Positions 52,461 through 64,000 of a stretch of DNA of 64,000 nucleotides are shown here, piece after piece; within the stretch, counting starts at the first letter, position 1; the number at the start of each line of letters is the position of its first letter. Position numbers and translations under genes: made by a program. The notes beneath the pieces are model-generated. The model did no database searches. It worked only from the letters and a program-made list of their open reading frames with translations, and was not told the DNA's origin. The DNA comes from Negaprion brevirostris (taxonomy: Eukaryota): the NCBI GenBank assembly GCA_030324005.1, contig JARDVH010000137.1, forward strand, positions 10,163,462-10,227,461, written 5' to 3'.

Positions 52461-55400
52461 CTTTATTTCAGTCAGGATAATTTTCCTTCTCACATTTCCT
52501 AGGCATAGATGGCTGCCAAAAAAATCCTCATCTAGACAGATAGCCCAATTCTGTCAGAACAAAAGTATGAATGTAAGAACAGTTTCATTTGATATTTTGC
52601 CAGGTCAGATTACAAAGCAAATTGAGTTTTTTCCCCAATGATAAGCATATCTAAACTTTTCAAACTGATAAGCTTATGTGGGCACCTTCAAACAACATTG
52701 CTAAAAAATTTTCAGGATCAGCAAGTACCCAGTTTATTCAGGACTGCAGGAAAGTTTGCTCTTTTAAAAAGACAACTATAAATGAAAGTCAGTTGTTGCC
52801 TTTTGCAACACGGCAATGGCCGTCATTTGAAGCGGAACTTCCAAAACACTTCACAATGCCTGGCATCTACCATCACTGATGAAGTTGGTCTGGAAGCAGG
52901 TAGCAAAAGTGAAATAGAAGAAATGAATGCAGTCAAAGATTTTAGATAATAAATTCCGTAATACACTATGTTCATATCATGAATCTGTATTACATGAATA
53001 TCTGACTCCAATTTTAAGTATTTTAATAAAAAAAGATTTTTGCTCATCAGGTGGAACAACATAGCTTTAATCCCAATAAATCCCCAAACACAAGACTTTA
53101 ATCTTGTTGATCTTCTTTAATTTTGCTTTGATGGGACATGAAATGACAACAAAATTCAGCAGTGATTCAGAGAAAATGAGGGCGACATGGCATGGGACCA
53201 TATGGCCCTTCTCTGCACTACTTCCATAGAATTAGTGTTTTATTGATTAGAACCAAATATTCAAAAGGTGCAGCCTGACAAACACAATGCCCAACTGCGT
53301 CAACACAATCTCAGATTTGAGCTTGGTGAATTTGGCAACATGCCTCAGCATTCTGTTTGCTTGTTAATACTGCTCGACAATGACTCAATATGGTCAGAGT
53401 TCAGTTTTTATCCTCCCAGATTTCTTACAACTCCTTCCCCAGTTTGTATATATCCTGTTTTAAGTAGGTTGAATCTTTTTTTCCTTATTCCAGTGCCCAG
53501 GACTTTATTGCCATTGTATGTACTAAAAATTTAACCTTACATGATTCTGCTTGTACCAAAAGTGGCTTGCGTTCTTCTGTAATTCTTTGGTTGCTTCATT
53601 ACAGCTTATTACCAATCTAGACTAGTAATCTATTTTTTTGTCTGCAAATCCAAATAATCAAACAGCCCATCTGAGCATCTCTTAAACCATGTGTGATACT
53701 ACTGTAGTTATTTGCACAGGGATGTTGAACCCAAAAGCTGAGACAGCAATGTCTGACCATTTCCTTTTGGAGTGCGGTGTGCCCTCATTCTGGAAGTGTA
53801 CTGACTGTAATGATCAAATGGAAACTGTTTTGTTGTGATGTTAAAGTTGCAGTGTAAATGCATAAAAGGCCTCCTCTGCAGGAAAATACCTAGGTGTGCT
53901 CATTTGATGCTAGAGTACTCCTCCTTGCCTTTTGTTACTTCAAGACTTTACTATTCCAACATGCTTTTGACTTGCTTCTCATTTTAATAAACTTGAGGTA
54001 ACCAAAACTGCTGTTCAGGTCCTCGGTGACACCAGGTCCCTTTCATTTATCACCCCTGCAGTTGGTGACCAATACTGGTTCTGAGTTAAGCAATGTCTTG
54101 GTTTTAAAATTCTTCTTCTTGCTTTCAAATCTCTTCACAATCTCGTCCATCCAGACTTCCAACATCTCCTCCAATTCTGGCCTCTTAATCATTAAATCGT
54201 TGGGGCCCACTCCTTCAGCTGCCAAATCCCTTACCAAACTTCATGATGTTCTACTTCAATGTCCTATTTAAAAGCTATCTTTTGACCAACTGCCCAAACA
54301 TCTCAAGTGGCTCAGTATCAAATTTTGATTGATAAGACTCTTGCGAAGTGCCTTGTGATGTTTTACAATGTGAAAAGATGTTACAAAAATACAAGTTGCT
54401 GTAGTAGGCAAATGAATACAGAATCTCAGCTGTGACACTACCCATGATCAGCACCAGATTGTATTTTAATCATGAAACACTGTCAAACAGCATGGTGGGG
54501 ATACTTTTACCATGTGGACTACNNNNNNNNNNNNNNNNNNNNNNNNNNNNNNNNNNATCACAACCTTCAAGGGCAATTAGGGCGGGCAGTAAATGCCAGT
54601 TTTGCCAGTAATGCCCATACCTCAAGAATTTTTTCTAGAGTGACCACAGTCCACCATTATATCCTGAAGTTTAAGTGTTAGGTTTACTAATAACAGGGTG
54701 AGATTTATGAAATATGTTTCAATTGCTCTGATAACTCAGTTTATGGACTGCATCTCATTTCACAATTTTTGATACCAGCAATAACTAAATTTGGTTCTTT
54801 TTTCCTAAGAACCAATGCATATCTACAAACTGAGATCAGAGAGAGATCAACACCATTTGATAGAATGACCTGGCTAACCAGACTGCAGCTGCCTAAAAAT
54901 GTGGTCAATCTTACAAACAATCATATTGAAGTGCTAATGCAAACAAAAGCAGTAAGAGATGCTGCAAGAGCAGGCTTTGAGGCCAGTGTGAACCCCACTT
55001 CAGATGTGCTTCAGTGCATTATGAAGCATAATGATGCTCACTGTCAAATGGCAGATGTGTGGAAATAAACTGGCTATTGAAAAAGCATTTGAATGCCAAT
55101 AAGCTCATCCCAAGTACCTGATATGATGAGTTACTCAAAATGAATCATCGCTGCAGAAAAATACCTTCAATGTTAACTGAAAAGTTTCATTTAAAACAAA
55201 TATATTTGTTGGATTTTATACAATAAATTACAATTCNNNNNNNNNNNNNNNNNNNNNNNNNNNNNNNNNNNNNNNNNNNNNNNNNNNNNNNNNNNNNNNN
55301 NNNNNNNNNNNGAAGGATATTAAGCACACAGCTGACCTCACCTTTCTCCACCCACACCACATCACTCAAAACATTCTGTCTAGTTGGCGGAATTCCTGAA

Positions 55401-57104
55401 TGTTTACTCTCAAATATTACTCAAATCCTGAATGGCATACTTTAGGCATTGTTTATTCTCCATGAATGATAGAAATTTTAATCACAGATAACTATTTTTC
55501 CTCAATGTCACTTCACCATATGGAAATACAAATTATCACCTCCCTGATTTGCATAGCCTGACACTATCTGCCAATTTTATTTTTAACTATTTAATATGAA
55601 GGGCAGGATTTAATGTTATTAAACTGATCATTACAAAGGCAAAGTTTCATAAGATGGTTATGTTTAAACAATTTCTTTATTTTAAGGTAAAATGGAGTAA
55701 TGAAGAGAATCGTGTGATCTCCTTTTAGTTCTACCTGACAAAAAGCCTGCAGCATGGTTACCATGGGGACAAGAGGGGCCTGGTCAAATGTTGACGTAGA
55801 AGCAGACGTTCTTGGTATTGTGGACTTTCTGGCTCTGATACTTTGAGCCGCAATTTAAAGACATGGGAGGAAAGAGACAGGGAACAGAAATTGCTGTCGT
55901 CTGTCTGCAGAGGGAAAAGATTGTTTTCTGCTAGCTACCAGACAGAATGCGGAAGAAAATTTGTCCACTGGTTGAAGGAGATTTAAAGACACTGATGAAA
56001 CCAGAAGAAATTACTGGATTGGGCCTTACTGCTTGAAGTTGGTTTGAGAATTCTCAGAGGACAGAGGGAGAGGAAATTTGGATGTCACTGGACATCATCG
56101 CTTGGCAAAAAAGGAGATGTGAACCTGTTGATTGCTGGGAGTGATTTCAGACTGTTTCCTGAAAGACTGCAATTCTGTAGAAAGCATGCTATACAGGTTA
56201 CTAATCATATTGCGACATTAATAAATGTCATCTTTTCTGTAGTCTAGAGTATCTGTTGCCTGCTGAGTAACGTTTAGTCAACGTTGCCCTTTAGTTTATT
56301 TGGAACAGTAATATAGAATATTTTGTAGCAGCGTTTTATTTTACACTCATCTTCCTGCTTCATGGTTGCCTTCTACCAATTATTTTTCAAACAAGCAACT
56401 ACTGAAACTTGTTCATATTTCAAATTACAATGTCTCTGTATACAGTATAAATCACAACAGCCCCTTCAGCTTAATCACTTAAATAATTAGGGATATAAAC
56501 TCATAAGCAGTTCAACCATGGCTAAGCGGCTGACTTCGCATACTGTAACCAGCTTAAATGCTATTTTACAAGCCTTACAAGTCAAGTCATTTGCACCTGT
56601 GATGCAAGACAGAGAGGCAGTCACACCAGTAGCAGAGGGATATCCTAATACAGCAAGCTCTCTCTGTAAAGAGCAAGTGCACTCTCTACAATGTAAAGAA
56701 CTAGGGGAAGAAATTTGTGTCAAGCAGTGGCACAAAACAGGCAACACCGGACCAGCCACCCTATTATATGCTGCACCCAATATTCAGCTCCATTGCAGTC
56801 AATGGAATTAAATATCTGGTACTGAGTATAATGACGGCATCAATACTTCAGGTTGGAACACAAAACAATTCTACACAGCATGAGGAAAAGAAACAGATTC
56901 TATCTCCTACTTTGCTCACGGTCTAAGCTGGAAGATGCCACATGGAGTGAAGGGTGAGTCTCTGTAGAGAGGGGAGGGCGGGAAGGAAAAGATGTCATAT
57001 AAACCGCCCTTGCTAGATTATTTCATCAACATAGGTCTTATAAATTTTAAAAAAATGCCTTTCCTATCACAAAGCTACACAATCCAGCAGAATCCATTAT
57101 ATAT

Positions 57105-57322
57105 CACCACCACCCGGAAGTTCCCCTCCAAGCCACTCACCATCCTGATCTAAAAATATATTACCATTCCTTCACTGTCACTGGATCAAAATCCTGGAGT
57201 TCCTGCCCTGACAGTATTGTGGGTGCAACAGTTCATGACAGCAGCTCACACCATCATTCTCAAGGGTAATTAGGGGTGGGCAATAAACGTTGGACCTGCC
57301 AGTGAAGCCCACATTCCATGAA
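57105..57322 (+). mobile_element. Non-LTR LINE 3' end (CR1/L2 group), sharing its tail with the second SINE family
   Basis: tcaaaatcctggagttcc (SKSWxS), gcagctcacaccatcattctcaagggtaattaggggtgggcaataaa...cccacattccatgaat. Confidence 0.7.
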
Positions 57323-60300
57323 TATGTTACAATGTCCTTGCTGTAGTGTTACGTGTGCATGATTAAGTTAGTGACGTGTGGTGTGCACAGTTTCATTCTC
57401 CTGCAACAATTCAAAATGAAATGACCTAGTCCCCTTCTGTAACTAATATTACTGGGTTTAAAAGGTAAGGAGATGTCAGTACACACCAGGTGGCCACAGT
57501 GATCTCAACTTATTTGGATCACCTTACGGGATCAAGACGGAACTTTTAAGACTGTTCTCCCCGAATTGGCATTTTTTTTAATGATTTGCCTCTTCCTGAG
57601 AAATTATATGTTGCTGTGGGAAAGTACTCTGGGGGATGGGTGAGTCAGGGTATTTAGTTGCATTGTGATTGATCAGGATAGGTTTGACACACCCAACCTT
57701 GTATATCTACATTTTCATAGATTTGCAAATGTTCTCAATAAAAACAAATTAAGCATGTTTCATGAACAACTAATAACCCATTAAAGTTTGCCAGCACTGC
57801 ACTAAGTACAGTACAGCTGTGTTTAAACAAAAATAATTAAAATTAATGATAAAATCCTTGTTCTCCAAAACTTCTAGGGTATCAAATTAGGATTTGATAT
57901 TTGGCTTCTTAGTGAAATAGTTTACAGAAAACACTGTCCAATTTTCTCTATTATTAAAACGATGTATCTTGCCGTTATTACTTCAAATATTCACTGCTGC
58001 AACGTATATTCAGTTATATAGTCAACCAATAACCACAATGCTGAAAACAAAAGCCAGTCTTCACGAATACATTGCCAAAAGACAAAAATACAAAAAATAT
58101 TGTTATTTTGTTAAAGACAAAGGAGGGCAAACCATTTCCAAAACATAGTTTGAAGCTTTTTACTTCACTAAATTGAGATTCACAAACTATAAGTCATAAC
58201 TATTTGTCTTTTTCCTGACCATGAATTTAGAAAGCAGCTGAACATGGGTTCACTAACAATTTGAATGGAAAGATGGTACAGTCTGCAGCCTTAATTCATA
58301 AGCAGAGGTGGATTGGATTCTTCTGTATGAGTTACAGGAAATAACGCCCTACCCCACCCCACTCACCCTGCAGAGTTTTATTGGAGTGCTGCAAAAACTT
58401 CGGCTACAAATTCCTTTGTTACAAAACAAGGTTAGCAATGCATAAGTCTCAAGAGAGACATAAATAACTGTACAGCAATTCCCACTACTGAAAAACATAA
58501 TCACAAGGAGCAAATAGATTAGGTTGCTGCGCTAATAAGTTGTTTACTGGTGACTTTGTCACGACAGTGCTGCAGGTCAGCTATCCTCAACTTTGAACAA
58601 ACTGCCTTTAAAACACAGCAAAAATCATTTCCAGCATCACTTTTAAAAAGCTGTACTCAGTCGGCTACATAAGGAATAAAAGATTCATGTAGATTTTTAA
58701 AACTTCAATAATATGATTAATCAAATGCAGCATTCAAAAACATGTTGTTATGGACTTACATCCATTGGATGGAACACGTCATACGCCAAACTAAGATCAC
58801 AAGTTACTTTATACAAATATAGGAACAAAAACACCTGGAACTCAAAGCTCAGTTATGAGGTTTCCTTTCTGGGCATGTGGCTCCTGCTGGAACTATAAAA
58901 TATTTTTATTTTGCTTTTATACTAATAGTCTGGCACTTGCATCGGTCTGGTTTCATTAACAATTCTGTGCCAATACTATCTCTGAAACACCTCGAAAGAT
59001 GCTTTACCACCCTATGCACAACACTGCCACAAGCATAGTGCTAGCAACATGCAAACGTTAATGACAGCTGCTTAAAGACCATCTTCTTGTGTTACTAACA
59101 CATAGAAACAAATCTCCAACTTCAGGAAAGTGTCACAGCGACAAAATAAAAACAATTTTTAAGAACATATTACTACTACAGCCTACCTTTTAATACATGA
59201 AAAATGTTCAAAGCGTTTGTAACAAAAACCAGACACCCAATCAACGTAGAAAAGATGAAGAGGAAAGATTCACCAAAGAGGTGGATGTTATAAAGTTTAC
59301 AATTTTACAAAGAGAGGAAACAGAGAAATTTCTTAGAACAGGACTGAGACAAATGAAAGCACAGCTACCAAAGAGTTTGGTACACACGGATTCCTGGATA
59401 TGCAGTATTCTACAGCTGAAGTAAAAATGTTCATATCCTTTGAAATTGTATTTATTGCTATACATTTCCTGCTAAATTAATATACCATAAGCTTTAGAAG
59501 GTGTCTAGATATTGGGCTCTTCAAACATTATTTAGTTATTTTGGTCATTCTCCAATATTGCAAGAATCCAATTTCAAGACATTGGTTTATTCACAGCATA
59601 ATAAGATGATAATTCCCCAGCATTGATGGCCATGCCTCTAGTTACCTAGGCCCTGAGCTCTGGAATACATTAACTCCTCAATTAACATCCTATTTGCATT
59701 TCTTAAAAGTACAACTTTAGGTGGAACATTATTAAGCAAACCAGATTTTCCTGAAGGAAAAATATATAAAAACTGGAGCTGTGCTCCATGGTAGGTTTCT
59801 CCCACGATTCCCAGCAAGCCTCTTCCCAATCCCCAGCAACTCGGTCTACCTCTGGTCTCCAGCAATTCCCCAGTCCTCAGTGATTCTCTTCCTCCCAAAC
59901 ACCAGCGAATCTCTCTCTAATCTGACCCCCAACTTTCTTCCCAGTCACTGTTGCCTGAATGTGGAAACTGCGAATCAAGAGTACTTTTGGCCATTTACTG
60001 TGAGGTGACAAGCAAGCTAGGTGAGCAGTGCAGCAAGCTGGATGGGGCAGGAGTGAGGCAGTGAGCAGGGCTGATTCCACAATCTCCCAAAGGTTACAAT
60101 CCAGAGGTTACAAACAAATCTTCTGACAGCACTGCTCCATTGCCCTTCCGAAGGCCTTAGCAACACACAATGTTAAAACGGATATGAGAGTGTAAAATGG
60201 AGAAATAGGGTTTAAAGAATAACTTTAAAATGAAACATTAACACAATAAATTTGAGGATTTTCTGTACCCTCCCTACACCTCTACCTTGTTTTCTTTCTC

Positions 60301-63300
60301 CAAAATTTCTTAAAACCTAGCCTGACTTCTGGTCATCGTCTCTACTGCCTCAAGTAGCTCGGTATCAGAGTTGATTTCCTAATGCTCCTGTGAAGCAGCT
60401 TGGAATGTTTGATTATGTTAAAGATGGTGTATAAATAATTTGTTGCCTGATTAATTATAGAAGGCAGAATGACCCTTCATCAGAGCTATCATTCAGTCAT
60501 CCAGATTCGAAATGTTAGCTCTGTACTCTCCCCGTTGATGCTGCCAGACCTGCTGAAATTTTCCAGCGTTTCTGTTTTGTTTCAGATTCCAGCATCTGCA
60601 GTAATTAACTTAGAATTAAAACAGATTTCTTTGGAAAAAGGGTAGAAAATTAAGCATGTGGACACTAGTTATTGAATCCTGTTATCTAGCCTGTTCGTTT
60701 CAGAGTACCTTTGATGATAAATGCAGTGTGACTTGCTCCATAGCTACTGATTACACTCATCTATCAGTAACAGGCCAAGAAAAACACAGATGGCATAAAA
60801 GGCAAATTGTCAGTTTCTGCTTCACTCTTCTGTCCAAATGATAGAGTTTTGGGCTCTGATGTCCTTTCTTTTCTGAACATCTTATTACTAATACTTAATG
60901 CAATTTTCACTTTACACTCCAAACCCTTCAGTGGATTTTCAGCATATTAGATGTTTCACATAACTAGCAAACAAGCGTTTCATTAACTTTCCTACAGGCA
61001 GAACACGGTATATAAAAAAGAAAAACAGGCTTTTTGCCAGCAAGTGAACCAATCTGAAACATGCTAGAAAAGCAGGTTTTGCCAGAAGAGCCATGGGGAT
61101 CAAATATCATTTATGGCTTTGTAATGGCTGTAAACTAAGAGCACAAACACTGCAAAATGAAGTCCTACCGTCACTTTGTATTAACATGTTAATTTTGTGG
61201 CTGAAATGGCAATTTTACAGAGCAATGGATAATGATATTAGCTTAGATAAAAGAAATGGGGAGCAATTTGAAACATCAGTCACTTTGGGGAAATGATTCT
61301 ATTTCCATTTTGTTGTCGCACTTTTCAGATGTAAATAATTGTTTCTTTGCCAGTGCAGGAATGAAACACTATTGGCACACTATAGGACAGTCCATAATAA
61401 ATTAAAAATAACTTTGATTCTGAAAAGAAATCCAAATAAAGCATCAACTATAACTAGCACACATGTTACATGTCATTTGTGAGGACACCAAGTGAAACGA
61501 AAATAGTGTCCAAATAAATAATGGATTGGTTTCCCAACACAAATGCAAGATACAGCAACAGTAAATTTCCTTCTGATTATGCCTGTTAAGCCAGTAATTC
61601 AACATTAAGTTTCCTGAGTGTCATCATAGGTTACTAATTCTCAACTGACCTTTCCGGTTTACATGGCTTATTAATGATCACTTACACAGGCTTCACAAAC
61701 CCTTCCATTCCTACTGGTGCAAAGGCTCGCACAACGTAAGCCTTGGGCACAAGAAATGTAAGACATGCGTGTTCATCAATCAGAAATAGGCTGCTAAAGA
61801 CATAACAAAGGGTGAGAATAGCATGTATCAGTAGTTAGGTATGTGAAGAATCAATCTGGAAGTTGCAAAAGGAAAACAGCCTCATGGTCTCAAAGAGAGA
61901 GAAAAAAATACTTGTGCAAATCTTTCCAAGAACGCATAAATCCATCTTAAACAAAGATTGCAAACTGTTGGGACCAGTTTATGTTTCATATCCAACTTTT
62001 TGATGTAACTATGACCCAAGCTAAACATTTAATGATTTGATAATAGTAAAAATTCTATGCCATATACAAGTCCTACATGAATTAAAAAGTGCAGAAATCT
62101 TTACTTTAATTGCTTTTGTTTTAAAAACAGGATATTCTTTTTTATAACTTAAGGCTTAATATAGTAAACTATATGTTTAATATGCAAGTTACCAAAGCAG
62201 TATTATTTTACTGACTAAAGTATTAACAACTATTTCCCAATCAATGTTTCAATGCAAAAAAAAAACAGGGACCAGTGAATCTTGAGAAGTTGCTCACATT
62301 ACTGATGGGTTTACTATATAAATTTGATAACATCCAACATTGGTCTGAATAAATTGGTTGCTGTTCTATTAAACAAAATGAAGACTATTCTTCAGTTCAT
62401 TTAGAAAACTTGGATTGAACATTTCTTTAATTGCAACTTTAGAATTTAAAAGTTCTTTTTTGACCTGGAATTAGTAGCCTGTCCACAAATTTTTTAAAAA
62501 AAAATCACATTGAGTCAAATTAGCTGCATTGTAAATATTCTGTAATGTTTGTTTTTGCAACTTCTTTATGGAGGAAAATGCAGCCACCTTTCCTCTAAGC
62601 TGGCACTTACTTCCCCACTAGAGTGCACTTCATGTGTTAAATACTCGTCCTTGATGCATCATTTTCCAAGTGTGTTTAAAAAAAGCATCTGAAGTACTCC
62701 CATGGATACTCAAGTGGTGTGTGAAAAAGAAAGCAGATGTGATGCACTGATATCAGCTGAGGGGATCCCCATGGAGAAGGTCTGCTTCCTAGCATTGATT
62801 TCAAAGGGAGTGCGCCAACAAGAGGCTGTTTTCAGTTGCTGTGCTTCAGCACAATTTTAGTGAACAGAATGCACAATGCGAAAATCAGACAGCAATTTGA
62901 AGACAAGTAGAAGAGAAGTCAAAGGGTTTGAAGAATGTCCAGGGAAAACTGATTTACAAAAGATTAAGAAAATACCCCGTGCTCTGATAATGAAGAAACC
63001 AAGGACAGATTCTGGCGGTTCAATGATTAATGAGGAGAGAGAATTTGGCAGGAATGCAAAAATCAGTTTCACACTGGTAGGATTTTCCCATAGCGACACG
63101 CTAATAGGATGCAAATGAAGGCCTGACCAGAATCTTCCACTAATGCCTGATTCTCCATAATGTCAGCGGGAAAACATACGAGCTGGGAGTGTGGGGGATG
63201 TGGTGTGTGGGAGCACCTATAGCTGGAACTTCTGGATTCAGTACTATCGACACAGTGCATCGTCCAGCCTCTGTGTTCCTGGAAATCCACGTTCTTTCTT

Positions 63301-64000
63301 CAATAATGGGTCAGTCATGTTGGGCGCCATCTCATCATGGTGTCTGAATACAACAATGTCAACTACTTGTCGTCATCAGGTCTACCCTGGCAGGGAATAA
63401 GGTGCAAATTGCCAAGTTGTGTAATTAATGAGCTTGAGGCCAGAAAATACGGTGTGGTTTCCTACTGGCTTCTGCAGTGGGAAGATTACATATTCCCAGC
63501 CATGCCACAGAAATTAATCCCAGATGGGAGAACTCCATCCCAACTTCAATCTACTGGCACAGTGCAGCAACTGGAGGAGGTAGAGCAGGAAAACTAAATA
63601 ATCAGAATTGAAAATCATGATGCAGAATGTCTCGCTAATTGCATGCAAATCGACATTATGGGCACACTTGCATTATTGCCCCAATACTGTAACTTTTAAT
63701 CAAAGTAAATGAACTACTTCAATAAATTAGTCAGTCATAGGCTTGTCTGAACTCCTTATCCAGCAGCAAAAACAAACATGAAAGCCTTTTTGTTCTTGCT
63801 CAGCATAACAAATCACACTAAAACGTCATGACAATTTGTTTTTTTCTATTGTGTTTCAAATTTATCCCAAGGTTTCCTCTCAGGAACCAGCTGTGCCGAC
63901 AACATAAAAAGCAGACCTTCACTCGCCATAAATCTGATTCGAGTATTTGCTATTCGGCATCCAATTAGCATTTATAGAGCTGCTGATAGCAGCCATTACT

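Larger units (their letters stand above)
945..64000 (-). other. BAIAP2: IRSp53-family (BAIAP2/BAIAP2-like) transcription unit, partial; exons 1-3 outside the window, intron 3 >25 kb
   Basis: Eleven colinear exons with canonical GT/AG sites and consistent phases. They translate to IMD, CRIB-PR, SH3, PPPDY and WH2-like segments in IRSp53 order. Confidence 0.9.

Noticed and set aside
61681-61760. Minus-strand ATG GAA GGG TTT GTG AAG CCT GT|gtaag as an alternative first exon
   Set aside because: It would end in phase 2 whereas exon 4 needs phase 1; no promoter or homology support.
313-63597. The many 60-150 aa ORFs in the supplied track
   Set aside because: Apart from those overlapping the exons listed, they are translations of SINE/LINE fragments, N-runs or random AT-rich intron, with no recognisable domain.
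62700-63660. Less AT-rich stretch with several ORFs (similar patches at ~47300-48400, 55720-56330 and 59550-60250)
   Set aside because: Probably decayed DNA-transposon or LTR remnants, but I could not identify a motif, terminal repeats or splice structure, so no call was made.
38524-64000. Search for exons 1-3 (e.g. ...AKGYFDALVKMGE...)
   Set aside because: No matching segment found by eye; the region is treated as intron 3.
1-64000. CRISPR arrays, operons or other prokaryotic systems
   Set aside because: Spliced vertebrate gene with retroposons; no regularly spaced repeat-spacer array or dense ORFs.

Overview
AT-rich vertebrate genomic DNA from a draft assembly with many 100-N and 10-N gaps. 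The repeat content (HE1-type V-SINEs, HER1/CR1 LINE tails, Deu-domain SINEs, Penelope-like hairpins) points to a shark. The window holds the 3' part of one minus-strand gene of the IRSp53 family (BAIAP2 or a close paralog). I reconstructed 11 coding exons by hand (equivalent to human exons 4-14), all with GT-AG boundaries and compatible phases. They total 1409 nt, or 470 codons including the stop once 1 nt from the unseen exon 3 is added. They encode the C-terminal part of the IMD/I-BAR domain, the CRIB-PR motif, SH3, PPPDY and a WH2-like tail, followed by a ~2 kb 3'UTR. Exons 1-3 lie beyond 64000. The most striking feature is a ~506-bp, ~93%-identical inverted duplication of the CRIB-encoding half of exon 8, its splice donor and the following intron, placed in the upstream intron. 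The pre-mRNA can therefore fold into a ~500-bp hairpin over the donor, and its transitions are biased 17:4 toward G-U pairs on the transcribed strand. Other points of interest are a 5'-inverted RTE LINE nested between two CR1 layers, an in-frame alternative donor at exon 12, and a perfect 74-bp duplication that creates a new donor. All alignments were done by eye, and comparisons with human proteins are from memory.
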